A stretch of DNA of 64,000 nt from Octopus sinensis. Lineage: Eukaryota. Both the position numbers and the translations under genes were made by a program. This document shows positions 13,691 through 26,517 of the stretch, one piece after another. Within the stretch, counting starts at the first letter, position 1. The number at the start of each line of letters is the position of its first letter. The stretch covers positions 39,928,001 through 39,992,000 of the forward strand of contig NC_042997.1 of NCBI RefSeq assembly GCF_006345805.1, given 5' to 3'. The notes below the pieces were generated by a model, which saw only the letters and a list, made by a program, of their open reading frames with translations, did no database searches and was not told the DNA's origin.

Positions 13691-14332
13691 TTTGTATCAC
13701 ATGGAGATATTTCTCTACTCCCCCCCAAGCTTAATGTTTGTATTACATGGAGATATTTCTCTACTTCCCCTCCCTAAGCTTTCAGCTATATTTCAACAAC
13801 TCTTAACCTTCACTTGCCCTAGGGCGCTGGGTGTGTCCCGGCAGGTGATTGCTTCAAATATGCAGATTAAAAGTAAATGACAATGATAATAATAATAATA
13901 ACAACAACAACAACAGTAATAATAATAATAATGATAATAGTAATATCAATCTGTTATTAACATGTACACTGTGGTAGCCTAGGAATTCCGGCACGCTCTG
14001 ATGTTGACTCATCTGCAGAAATATTTAGATTACTGTGATGGTGTCTACGACGACGACGACGACGAAAACGTTATAAGAAGTAGTGCGGTCGTCTTTAGTG
14101 CGACACGTCTTTCCGCAGCTCGCTAGAGTAAGATCAAAGCCATCTCTTCAGAAACACTAAAAGTACATAATAACATTGAATACAGAAAATTAACTGCAGA
14201 GTATGTGTAAATGAAGAAGGAAACAACCACATTGCTGTTGGTCACAAAAGAATCCATCCACAAATATGACGGAGTTGGGACTGAGATGCATTGGAAGGTA
14301 TAAAATACCAACAGTAACCAGAGAGTGTAGGC

Positions 14333-14679
14333 CAGGGGTTCTCAACCATCTACTATCTAGAGAGCCCTTTGATTACTATTTTATTCTAGTGGACCCCATA
14401 GTCTTTCGATGTTTAAAAACTAGTTTTATAGATATTTCTTTCAAAATTTCTATTTTGTTTTTCATACACTAACTTGTGTAGATTGAACTATGTAAAATGT
14501 TAGAGAAAGAAACCTAGCTATTTCTTGCAATACATGCCAATACATACATCTAAAGCAAAATTTTTCAAGGGCCCTTAAAATACTATTGTGGATCCCCAAT
14601 TTACTATTTTGTTGCGTAGACCTCCAGAAATCTTATATGGGCCATCAGGGGTCATTTGGACGTAGATTGAGAGCCATTG
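14333..14679. mobile_element. hAT (Charlie-like) MITE
   Basis: Imperfect TIRs CAGGGGTTCTCAA / TTGAGAGCCATTG. Exact 8-bp TSD GTGTAGGC at 14325-14332 and 14680-14687. Confidence 0.85.
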
Positions 14680-14834
14680 GTGTAGGCATACATCATAAAG
14701 GGCTTTCAAGAATAACAAAACAATAACACTCTAGGATTTGCCAATACACACATAATAGGGAGATTAAGGCTGATCGATCAGTTATTGTTGTGCAAGGCTA
14801 TCTGGGGAAAATGCCTCCTAGTTAATATTTCAGT

Positions 14835-15180
14835 TCCAACCAATGATAATGTGTTTTAAAAGAGATCGAAAAATCCTTTTAATGTAAAAATCTGGAAATA
14901 GAGAAAACTTAAACATGGGAGCTGAAAACAAAAGCAATCCAAATAATAATCGATGCTTTTGGAATGATAATAATGAGAATATGAGACAAATACATAATCA
15001 AGACTCCAGAGCTTACAAATATACACAACACAGAAGTTGCACTGATAAGCGCCATACACATATTGTGTAGAACAGTAAAAATAACAAATCCAAAAGAAGA
15101 TACTGCGCGCAGCCAAAGCACTGAGAGTTGTGATGTTGTGAAAACTCGTAATAAATATAAAACTACTGAACAATAATAAT
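14835..15180 (+). mobile_element. Degenerate 3' fragment of the R4/Dong family seen at 48.6 kb
   Basis: Aligns by eye to 51650-51995, including the 3' UTR end TAAAACTACTGA followed by AATAATAAT. Confidence 0.78.
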
Positions 15181-15593
15181 TTCTCTTAGCGACACTGTAC
15201 AAAGACGAAATAGAAGAGAAAGCAATGGACAAAATCAGTGAGATGAGACTTATAAAACATACCGACACATTAATAAATCGATTACTATAGCAATAGCAGT
15301 ATAGAACAACACAAGAAAAAAAAAAGAAAACAGCAAAGAGAATCCCTCAAATGACAGGGGACAATTATATAGGGATTTGAAACACGTTGCATAATCCTGC
15401 ATTAATCTGACGTACAAAAGACAAGTGATTTTCCCCAGATCTTACCGCTAGTCACCTAATTTGTGCTGGCTCTTTTTAACCACACCAATGTAACAACTTC
15501 CACTGATCTTTTCATAAGGTCTACTGGAAAGCAGCACCTCCCTCTCATGCTCATCTTCCTCTTCAAGAAGTATTTAAAGAAATGAAATGAGAA

Positions 15594-16045
15594 CAAAGCT
15601 ACCGCAAAGAAAACAACCACAACAGGAAAACAATTAGAACAAGAACAACAATGGAAGTAACACTAACAGCCAAACATTCAACAACTTGTTTTCATTTTCA
15701 CTATTGTACGAAGAAACAATAGCCTCTTGGTGGATGTGTTTTAAAAAAATTAGAAAAAGTTTGAGAAAGTCATCCTAAAAAAACTGGCCAAAAGATTTCT
15801 CGTGCAAACAATACCAGAAGTCTATTGGAATTTACAGTAAAAATACCCGCATAACAAGGTAATTTAAAAAAAAAAAAACTAAGAAATTTTTTAGGGTTCC
15901 CAAGAACCCTTCTTCTACTTATAGTACCGAATCATTCTTTTTCTAGGTCAAGGCAAGTAATCTGTTGCACTCAACATTTTTCCGCTCAACATGGCTGTAT
16001 AAAGAATTGATTGCCTAAAAGGACTGGAGACGAGACGTAAAAGGA
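15594..16045 (+). repeat. Inverted duplicate of the Tx1/L1 remnant at 19.4-20.5 kb
   Basis: 15594-16019 is the reverse complement of 20059-20464, roughly 95% identical by eye. 16017-16040 matches 19654-19676. Confidence 0.9.
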
Positions 16046-16172
16046 GAGGGAAGACTCTGCTCTCAAAACTTTCAAAATCGTTCGCCACACTACTTCCTTC
16101 GTCCTAAACACCAGACAGGAAGTCTATTTGCTCTTCCTTACGAAAAAAAAAACAACAACAAAAAACAAACAA

Positions 16173-16235
16173 ACAAACAGTGGATTGATCTTTGTGGTCG
16201 ACTCCGCTGACAACCGACCGGATCGCTTGCTCGTG
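16173..16235 (+). other. Isolated ARF/ARL small-GTPase-like motif (QTNSGLIFVVDSAD)
   Basis: 16182-16211 encodes GLIFVVDSAD, the ARF-family beta-4 motif. No other ARF motifs were found, and there is no good splice acceptor. Confidence 0.35.
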
Positions 16236-16321
16236 AAAACTGTTATTCGGCATAAAACACCAATAAGCAACATAGAAACACTGAATGAGAGCATACTGGA
16301 TAAGTTCTTTTGCTAGCGGCT

Positions 16322-16367
<46 letters not shown>

Positions 16368-16383
16368 CACCACCACCACCACC

Positions 16384-16450
<67 letters not shown>

Positions 16451-16515
16451 ACAACAACAACAATTATAATAATGATAATATTAATAATAATAGGAATAAT
16501 ATAAATAATAATAAC
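16322..16515. repeat. Compound trinucleotide microsatellite (TAC)n(CAC)n(TAC)n(CAA)n(TAA)n
   Basis: Direct reading. Confidence 0.97.
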
Positions 16516-16781
16516 AAAATTCGTGATATAGGGACAACCAGATATGTGAAAACAAATAACTATAACTAAAGTGTAAATGAAAAATGTCATCCGTTTAGTA
16601 CATTTTCTGAGACAATGCACTCCAGTATATGAGAATGTTTTACAGTTGTTCCGGCAAAATGTTCTTGGAAATACAGCAACGTAGCAAGGCTGTGTTACGA
16701 ACATCTATTTACTAAATTTTAATCAGTTGATGTGAAAAGCTTTCGGATATTCATAGAAAAATTTTCATCTCTCTTAGAAGA

Positions 16782-17165
16782 TCTTTATATATAAAAGAGA
16801 GGTTGTGTGCTGTCTGTCTCCTACGATTTAGATTCCTAACTACTCCCACATTTTGCGGTGCAGTTTAACCAAAACCGGGTACCTTATAGTCGTGATTCAT
16901 ATCGAGCCATTCTGTGTATTAGCGCGCGTCTACGATGAGTCTACGATTAAAAAAAAAATAACCATCAATTTTTCCCATTTTTAATGCATTTTTGGCATAT
17001 ATAAGGGAAGTAACTCTCTAAAAATGTATTATTAAATCTCAGAACGTAAAAAGCTACAGTAAAGTGATTAGCCATATTGAGATGGCTATTATACTTTACA
17101 TCTCTAAAAATGCTTATATAGTTATTTCCCTTACAAACCCGAGCAACGCCGGGCGATACTGCTAG
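16782..17165 (+). mobile_element. Non-autonomous Helitron, family 1
   Basis: A|TC 5' end, GC hairpin CCCGAGCAACGCCGGG at 17138-17153, CTAG|T 3' end, and no TSD. A second copy lies at 29818-30213. Confidence 0.88.
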
Positions 17166-17348
17166 TGGTGATATAAAAATACTATGAAACTTAATAATAC
17201 GGAGACGAACTATCAGATAGCACATGATAAACCTGACATTACACCCCATGCAATACTAAAAGATCGCAGTGCTGTGCAGAAGTGAGTTACAAAGCTAACT
17301 GGCCTGATTCAACTTTCCAGTATTTGTTATAAAATAAGTGAAATAAGT

Positions 17349-17705
17349 CAGCGGACTCGCGGTCATAGGATCGCGGTTTCGATTCCCAGACCGGGCGTTG
17401 TGAGTGTTTATTGAGCGAAAACACCTAAATCTCCACGAGGCTCCGGCAGGGGATGGTGGTGATCCCTGCTGTACTCTTTCACCACAACTTTCTCTCACTC
17501 TTACTTCCTGTTTCTGTTGTACCTGTATTTCAAAGGGCCGGCCTTGTCACTCTCTGTGTCACGCTGAATATCCCCGAGAACTACGTTAAGGGTGCACGTG
17601 TCTGTGGAGTGCTCAGCCACTTACACGTTAATTTCACGAGCAGGCTGTTCCGTTGATTCGGATCAACCGGAACTCTCGTCGTCGTAACCGACACAGTGCT
17701 TCCAC
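17349..17705 (+). mobile_element. SINE family A, slightly 5'-truncated
   Basis: Matches family A. ATAAAATAAGT occurs at 17329-17339 and 17706-17716, with an extra partial copy at 17341-17348. Confidence 0.93.
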
Positions 17706-18010
17706 ATAAAATAAGTTCTCCTGCCTTCGTTTTTTTTTCTTCTTTTTAACCAGTTTCGTGGTTGTTCAGTGATTCTTCTTACTCTAAAACTGTTAAAATA
17801 GTATCAAATCTGAGTCTAGTATTGTGGTTAATTTGTTTAAACCTTACTTTAAGCAACAGAAAAATACTGAACTCTAAAGCTTAAATAAATCGCATATTCC
17901 TCGTGCCTTTGAAATAGTTTGGAGCTTTACTTTTTAATTATCTATGTTCATTAACTTATTTGCTGCCGCCGCGGCTGCTCCTACGTAAGTTAATGATCCC
18001 TCTAATGATA

Positions 18011-19155
18011 ATACCTATTTCTTTACTATCCACAAGGGGCTAAACACAGAGAGGACAAACAAGGACAGACAAACGGATTAAGTCGATTATATCGACCCCG
18101 TGCGTACCTGGTGCTTATTTAATCGACCCCGAAAGGATGAAAGGCAAAGTCGACCTCGGCGGAATTTGAACTCAGAACGTAGCGGCAGACGAAATACCTA
18201 TTTCTTTACTACCCACAAGGGGCTAAACACAGAGAGAACAAACAAAGACAGACAAACGGATTAAGTCGATTATATCGACCCCGTGCGTACCTGGTGCTTA
18301 TTTAATCGACCCCGAAAGGATGAAAGGCAAAGTCGACCTCGGCGGAATTTGAACTCAGAACGTAGCGGCAGACGAAATACCTATTTCTTTACTACCCACA
18401 AGGGGCTAAACACAGAGAGAACAAACAAAGACAGACAAACGGATTAAGTCGATTATATCGACCCCGTGCGTACCTGGTGCTTATTTAATCGACCCCGAAA
18501 GGATGAAAGGCAAAGTCGACCTCGGCGGAATTTGAACTCAGAACGTAGCGGCAGACGAAATACCTATTTCTTACTACCCACAAGGGGCTAAACACAGAGA
18601 GAACAAACAAAGACAGACAAACGGATTAAGTCGATTATATCGACCCCGTGCGTACCTGGTGCTTATTTAATCGACTCCGAAAGGATGAAAGGCAAAGTCG
18701 ACCTCGCGGAATTTGAACTCAGAACGTAGCGGCAGACGAAATACCTATTTCTTTACTACCCCAAGGGGCTAAACACAGAGAGAACAAACAAAGACAGACA
18801 AACGGATTAAGTCGATTATATCGACCCCGTGCGTACCTGGTGCTTATTTAATCGACCCCGAAAGGATGAAAGGCAAAGTAGACCTCGGCGGAATTTGAAC
18901 TCAGAACGTAGCGGCAGAAAATACCTATTTCTTACTACCCACAAGGGGCTAAACACAGAGAGAACAAACAAAGACACACAAACGGATTAAATCGATTATA
19001 TCGACCCCAGTGCGTACCTGGTACTTATTTAATCGACCCCGAAAGGATGAAAGGCAAAGTCGACCTCGGCGGAATTTGAACTCAGAACGTAGCGGCAGAC
19101 GAAATACCGCTAAGCATTTCGCCCGGCGTGCTAACGTTTCTGCAAACTCGCCGCC
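18011..19155 (-). repeat. Head-to-tail array of SINE family B: five ~183-bp A-box-less units plus one full-length unit
   Basis: Unit starts at 18011, 18194, 18377, 18560, 18741 and 18921. An intact 5' head ends at 19155. Confidence 0.95.
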
Positions 19156-19419
19156 TTAAATGATAACGATAATGATAATACCAACTTCTAGTGCAACAAT
19201 ACCTCTAATGATAATACCAACTTCCAGTCCATAGCAGTGTTGACCTAACTTTTGAACTGAAAGCATTATGGTATTTGAGGATGTGTTTATCATACCACTT
19301 TCTCTTAGGTCATTGACAAATTCTCTGTAAGGATAGACAGATGTGCGTTCCAGAAAATAGCATAACTTAGGATCTATAAACATTGGGCAATCTGTCACAG
19401 CATTTGTTAATCATATTTG

Positions 19420-20560
19420 TTAACTCAGCATTCTTGTTAATCGAGAACATCTTTGTTAACAATTAATAGTTCTTTGCATGTTTTCCATTGAACATTCTTG
19501 CTAAAGCTTCAACATCTTTGTGAACCTCGAACATTTCCGCTTGTAAAATAAACCACTGCACCTAAATGCAGCTGGAAAACCGCACTCGCTTGACTGGAGT
19601 CAAGTAGCACACACATCGCGATCCGTGAAAGTACATATTGCGGCTTTCTTGCTACGTCTCATCTACAGTCCTTTTACGCCGCCTTTCCTATTAATTACTC
19701 CAACATAGTCACAACGTGTGTCCATTATGCCATACCAGTCACCCACTAGAATTAGGGGATTGAACGTCCCCATGAATACTTAAGACTTCAGAATATCAAC
19801 TTGTCTGAAGATGCCACATTCACTGCTGTTCTTCTCTACGTCTTATCATGGCACGAAATCAAGATAATCTCAAAACGATGCTGCAATACTGCTCGATCCA
19901 AGTCATCTACAAGAGACGTACACCAGGTTAACGCTTAAAAGTAACGCGACTTACTGCGTGGCGGTAACCTTGGCTTCGCTAATGGCTACTATACATTTAC
20001 TGACTTGAAGTCGTTAACAAAGAAAACTTGCTTTCAGGCCGACTTCAGTTCTCGTGCATTTAGGCAACCAATTCTTTATACGGCCATTTTGAGTGCAACA
20101 GATTACTTGCCTTGATCTAGAAAAAGAATGATTCGGTACTATAAGTAGAAGGTGTTCTTGGGAACCCTAAAAAATTTCTTAGATTTTTTTTAAAAATTAC
20201 CTTGTTATGCGGGTATTTTTACTGTAAATTCCAATAGACGTCTGGTATTGTTTGCACGAGAAATCTTTTGGCCGGTTTTTTTAGGATGACTTTCTCAAAC
20301 TTTTTCTATTTTTTTAAAACACATCCACCAAGAGGCTATTGTTTCTTCGTACGATAGTGAAAATGAAAACAAGTTGTTGAATGTTTGGTTGTTAGTGTTA
20401 CTTCCATTGTTATTCTTGTTCTAATTGTTTTCCTGTTGTGGTTGTTTTCTTTGCGGTAGCTTTGGTGGTGGGTTTTTGATGTTTCGTTAAACATTTCGGC
20501 TTTTAATTTTGAGTAATTGTTATAGTCTTTTTTTCTTCTTCTTCGTCTCACCACAACTTC
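19420..20560 (-). pseudogene. Degenerate L1/Tx1 LINE: end of ORF1 plus APE endonuclease N-terminus
   Basis: Minus-strand translation gives RIGCLNARELKS, VNDFKS and PLILVGDWYGIMDTRCDYVG (APE GDxN-like), with many stops. Confidence 0.68.
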
Positions 20561-20906
20561 TTGCCATAGACACCTATTTTTGTTCTTTTCACTTGACGAA
20601 GTGTTGGAGGCGATGTTGGAGAGCAGGTATATGCATAAACGGAAACAACGAAAACCACCTATTGTCCTTCCACCACAATTCTCATTTGTTCACCATTCTT
20701 TAAATAAATAAACTCAAGGACCCTTACTAGATTCGAAAGGGGCATGTGCACCTCTCTGAAGTTTCGACCAATTTTAGTTGGAGATCGATCTGGATTCAAT
20801 TATCTTCTCATGTTTCTCCAGCATGATTGCTAGTAAACTCACGTAAGCAGTCGGAACAAATACTACAACGCATTTTTTTCCGACGATCTAATGCTTCTGC
20901 CAGCTT

Positions 20907-21140
20907 ACCTATTTCTTTACTACCCACAAGGGGCTAAACACAGAGATAACAAACAAGGACGGACAAACGGATTAAGTCGATTATATTGACCCCAGTGCGT
21001 AACTGGTACTTAATTTATCGATCCCGAAAGGATGAAAGGCAAAGTCGACCTCGGCGGAATTTGAACTCAGAACGTAGCGGCAGACGAAATACCGCTAAGC
21101 ATTTCGCCCGGCGTGCTAACGATTCTGCCAGCTCGCCGCC
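20907..21140 (-). mobile_element. SINE family B, full length
   Basis: Complete head to tail. The 3' junction reads GAAATA|GGTAAG. Confidence 0.94.
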
Positions 21141-22059
21141 TAAATGATGATGATGAAAAGAATAACAAAAGCAGCAGCAGCAGCAGCAACAACAACAACA
21201 ACAACAACAACGACGACGACAACAACAACAATCCTTTCATTTATTTTATCACAGAGCCTCATTCATGCGTACAACAACGTGTTACAAAAAGGAGTGACAG
21301 GGATATGTGAGAATGAACATATATAGTTATATGAAATTATGATGTGTGGTAGAATTTGCACAAATAATATATAATATAGTATAGTAAAGGACGCACGAAT
21401 CAAATAAGAATAATTCACCCATATACAAATGACAAACTTGCAGAGTTTTTCATCATGACACGTAACGATCCTGTCCAACATCTAAAAACTATGCATTTTA
21501 AGAAGTGACTTTTGAGTATTGGAATATTTTTAAAAAAATAGTCATATGCTTTTATTCTGTCTCCCACTTTTCAAGCAACAAGAAAAGTTTCTATAAGGTG
21601 TTGTTGATTATAATGATGCAAAAGGTAGTGCATTGATTATTACCAATGAAATTCACAACAATTATTGAATCAGATTTCGAATAGCCAAAATCTGAAACCT
21701 ACGTAGGAGCAAAAAGAGGCGTACATCAAAGACGGGCAACAGAAAAAAAATCGTTTGTACACAAATGGCAATCATCCTAAATAAACGATGAAAGCATATC
21801 TTTACATGTGCAATACTTGCACGAACTGAATGTCCTATATATAATTATAAAGCTGATTCTGGGTTGGACAAATCCAAGATGGAACAAATCCAACCTGTTT
21901 AGAGAGGTAGGAGCAGTAACATTTGTCATAAAAGATCAGACGATCGTTTCAGGTACTTTGAAATATAGTATAGTCGATAAATATCGCTTGTGTTGTATAT
22001 CTTTACTAACATGATGCACTGATAGACAATATTGTCTCATGGTATCTTACATAAACTTT

Positions 22060-22113
<54 letters not shown>

Positions 22114-22538
22114 ATATATATATATATGTATATATATGTGTTTAAATATATGTATATATATATAAAAATAATATAATATAATATGGTATAATATATATAT
22201 ATATATATACATATACATACATATATGGGTACAGGATGTCACCAACGGTGCAACTAACATGAAGTACATAAATAAGCGAGAAAAAATGGAAAACACAAGT
22301 TAACACAGAGACAACTTCATCAGTTGTCGGCTGTCTATCTACTCCTCGTTTCAAGCATTCAACAACAACGTGAGTCTTCAAAGATAGTTGCTTTTATAAA
22401 TTCTAAAATAAAATTTAGGACTTATGGAGGCTCAAAGTTGGGAACAAAAACATGACAGTGGAGACATACAAGGAAACTGAACGAATACAAACATGGAGGG
22501 TCGTTAGACCATATATATATATATATATACATATTTTA

Positions 22539-22708
22539 TTAAAGCAGCAGAAAATTCTACAAAACCTGTTACTCTGAGTTTCACGTTACCGTTCTACAGG
22601 TTTTGTAGAATTTTCTGCTGCTTTAAATAAAGCATATTACTCTACCACTGGTATTTGAGTACTCTTTTTTTTCCACCTTGTTTCACATTTATGTGTTTAC
22701 TCCGGTAT
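22539..22708. mobile_element. Penelope-like terminal fragment with a 31-bp fold-back
   Basis: Same family as 40161-40390. Perfect inverted repeat at 22539-22569 / 22596-22626, embedded in (TA)n. Confidence 0.7.
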
Positions 22709-22740
22709 ATATATATATATATAATATATATTATATATAT

Positions 22741-22886
<146 letters not shown>

Positions 22887-23469
22887 CTTGTTTTCTGTGA
22901 TACTTATTCGCCTTGTTCTTAAATTAAAATTTTGTCTTTTTTCTTTTACAATATATTTTTCTTAAGCTTTTGATTTCTTGATTTCTAAAAGGGATTTTCC
23001 GCTATTTTTTAGACTGTAATTATTATACTTATTTTAATGTACATATGCGATTGATATTCAGTTTTTAATTCATTTTTAAATCGTTTTATCCGATTTTTAT
23101 ATTTTTCATCAATGGTCAATCATTTTCATTCAACCGATTCATATTAGTTTTCAAAGTAATAATCCACTGTTCAGTCAATGTGAAATGTTTATTTACTATA
23201 TAATTATCACTGCATCGTTTATAAAGTACCATATCTATATTAATAAAAGTTAAATTCTGTCTGTTCGTCTGGAACCCTTGTATCTCAGTCTACATTTGCT
23301 CCACATAGACATATTATACCTTTTTGGAATCAGGATGACCCCAGGATTGAACATTTGCCCTTCATTTCGTTCTTGGGCATCCAGCATTGGGATCTGATTT
23401 AAAAGCATTTGGGTTGCTATTTCTAGCAGGTAAAGCTTGGCTGATTCACGCCATCTTGCTTGGCATTTT

Positions 23470-23617
23470 TGTTCTGCCGTTACGTTGTGAGTTCAAATTC
23501 CGCCGAGGTCGACTTTACCTTTCATACTTTCGGGGTCGATAAATTAAGTACCAGTTACGCACTGGGGTCGTGTCCCCTCTATGTTTAGCCCCTTGTGGGT
23601 AATAAGGAAATAGGTAT
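23470..23617 (+). mobile_element. SINE family B, 5'-truncated with an internal deletion
   Basis: B box and central domain are present. The sequence jumps from GGGGTCG to TGTCCCCTCT. Confidence 0.85.
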
Positions 23618-23956
23618 CAGAATCAAAGGGGAAATAAATGACATTTATTTCATTACTTTTACTTCCGAGATAAGAATTTTGGGACAAATTGACCAGCAGT
23701 TAGAATTCAACTTCAGACTGGAACAATAGAATGAATGCATTACAGAATTAATTCTCTTCCGTCCTTAACCTTTGATCAAACAGCACCGGGGCATTTAGTC
23801 ATTATAAGGAGTGCGTCGTTTAAGCTAGTTGTTAATAAAACTCACGACTGTCTGATGATCGTTTATGTGAATCTCTAACAATTTGTGCATTGCTTGTAGC
23901 TTCGATGAAACATTATACACATAAACGTACGTACATATACACGCACACACATTAAT

Positions 23957-24913
23957 GCATGTATGTATGTATGTATGTATGTATGTGTGTATGTATGTAT
24001 GTATGTATGTATGTATGTATGTATGTATGTATGTATGTATGTATGTATGTATGTATGTATGTATGTATGCATGCATGTGTGTATGCATGCATGCATGTAT
24101 GTATGTATGTATGTATGTATGTATGTATGTGTGTGTGTGTATGTATGTATGCATGCATGCATGCATGTATGTATGTATGTGTGTATGTATGTATGTATGC
24201 ATGTATGTATGCATGTATGTATGTATGTATGCATGTATGTATGTATGTATGTATGTATGTATGTATGCATGCATGCATGCATGTATGTATGTATGTATGT
24301 ATGTATGTATGTATGTATGTATGTATGTATGCATGTATGTATGCATGTATGTATGTATATATGTATGTATGCATGCATGTATGTATGTATGTATGTATGT
24401 ATGTATGCATGTATGTATGTATGTATGCATGTATGTATGTATGTATGTATGTATGTATGTATGTGTGTATGTATGTATGTATGCATGTATGTATGCATGT
24501 ATGTATGTATGTATGCATGTATGTATGTATGTATGTATGTATGCATGTATGTATGTATGTATGTATGTATATATGTATGTATGCATGCATGTATGTATGT
24601 ATGTATGTGTATGTATGTATGCATGCATGCATGTATGTATGTATGTATGTATGTATGTATGTATGTATGTATGCATGCATGTATGTATGTATGTTTGTAT
24701 GTATGTATGTATGTATGTATGTATGTATGTATGTATGTATGTATGCATGCATGTATGTATGTTTGTATGTATGTATGTATGTATGCATGTATGTATGTAT
24801 GCATGTATGTATGTATGTATGTATGTATGTATGCATGTATGTATGTATGCATGTATGTATGTATGTATGTATGTATGTATGCATGTATGTATGTATGTAT
24901 GTATGTTTGTATG
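23957..24913. repeat. (TATG)n/(CATG)n tetranucleotide array, left block
   Basis: Direct reading, about 950 bp. Confidence 0.98.
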
Positions 24914-25239
24914 CCTCAGTAAAGCTGGACTCATGAGTCATCTTCGTAGTCATAAAACGAGACAGATGAGTGACAACCTGGCCACTGATGGTGGTGTAAC
25001 ACACCATACTAATCATATCTGTCGGGCATGTGGAAGAGAGTGTAATTCGGCAGGAGGACTTAAACGACATGCAAAGGTACATGAGGCCCAGTTACAACTA
25101 CAGCCGGCTATTACCAGTAAAGGTTTTAGTTGCCAATTCTGTACAAGAATGTGGCTAAAAAGTCACATTCGATCACAGCACCAGTAACAGTTAAGCTTCG
25201 TGCAATGGCCATACTCGATAACGAGGGGGCAGCCATAAC
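24911..25239 (+). mobile_element. Probable RTE-type LINE 3' fragment encoding C2H2 zinc fingers
   Basis: Encodes CLSKAGLMSHLRSH, CRACGRECNSAGGLKRHAKVH and CQFC..KSHIRSQH, with a stop at 25187 and a short UTR. ATGTTTGTATG is duplicated at 24903-24913 and 25240-25250. Confidence 0.65.
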
Positions 25240-25258
25240 ATGTTTGTATGTATGTATG

Positions 25259-25320
<62 letters not shown>

Positions 25321-25378
25321 TGTATGTATGTATGTATGTATGCATGCATGCATGTATGTATGTATGTATGTATGTATG

Positions 25379-25412
<34 letters not shown>

Positions 25413-25940
25413 TGTATGTATGCATGCATGCATGCATGTATGTATGTATGTATGTATGTATGTATGTATGTATGCATGCATGCATGCATGTCTGTATGTA
25501 TGTATGTATGTATGTATGCATGCATGCATGCATGTATGTATGTATGTATGTATGTATGTATGTATGTATGTATGCATGTGTGTATGCATGTATGTATGTA
25601 TGTATGCATGCATGTATGTATGTGGGTATGTATGTATATATGTATGTATGTATGTATGCATGCATGCATGTATGTATGTATGTATGCATGCATGCATGTA
25701 TGCATGTATGTATGTATGTGTGTATGTATGTATGTATGCATGTGTGTATGTATGCATGCATGCATGCATGTATGCATGTATGTATGTATGTGTGTATGTA
25801 TGTATGTATGTATGCATGTGTGTATGCATGTATGTATGTATGTATGTATGTATGCATGTATGCATGTGTGTATGTATGTATGTATGTATGTATGTATGTA
25901 TGTATGTATGTATGCATGCATGTATGCATGTATGTGTGTA
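25240..25940. repeat. (TATG)n/(CATG)n tetranucleotide array, right block
   Basis: Direct reading, about 700 bp. Confidence 0.98.
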
Positions 25941-26517
25941 TATTTGTCCCGGGTAGGACAATAAACTGTATCCGATAGTGAGGCGCCAGTTCGGGTGTTC
26001 TGGAATTGTGGGGAACATGGAGTCCTTCCTTAATTACCATTGCTCCCAGGTCGGTTCTCACACTATGGGTTAGATACATTTCTCAGGGATAGAGGAGGTT
26101 CGCGCTATTTTTAAGAGGCTGTGGGGAAGAAGCGCTTATAGGAGAAAGATACTCTGAGATAAAACTTGCAATCCAAACAGTACCAGTCACCTCACAATGC
26201 TTGTCTTTGGGACAATGCTTTGGTGGCGACTGAGAGATGGCCAAAAGTATTGTACACGATTTTGTCATTTAAACCAAAGGACGTGCAGATGTTTCACTAT
26301 CATTTCATTTCTTGATCCTAGTGCGATGGATGCGTGGCGTAAAGAGTCATATCCGCGCGCACGCTGGGTTGAGAGTAAATACGCATAATCAGACTGAATG
26401 TGAGACGGCTATCATCTGACAAGATGAGTCAATTATCACGTGTACGTGTGTGTGTGTGTGCGTGTCTGTATGTGTATGTGTGTGTATGTGTATATATAAA
26501 CACACACACAAATAAAA

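Noticed and set aside
18011-19155. Regular array that might be read as CRISPR
   Set aside because: There are no unique spacers, the units are whole SINE fragments, and the context is eukaryotic with no cas genes.
15594-20464. A 4.9-kb DNA transposon with 420-bp TIRs
   Set aside because: There is no TSD or transposase, and the arms are pieces of a LINE that continues beyond the arm on the right side.
23845-23935. CTGATGA...GAAAC hammerhead-like pair
   Set aside because: Stem I and stem III cannot be formed. This is a chance match.
23825-26079. Long ORFs of 220-410 aa (MYVC/HTYI repeats)
   Set aside because: They are translations of the stop-free (TATG)n array. Only the ~90 codons at 24911-25187 carry information.
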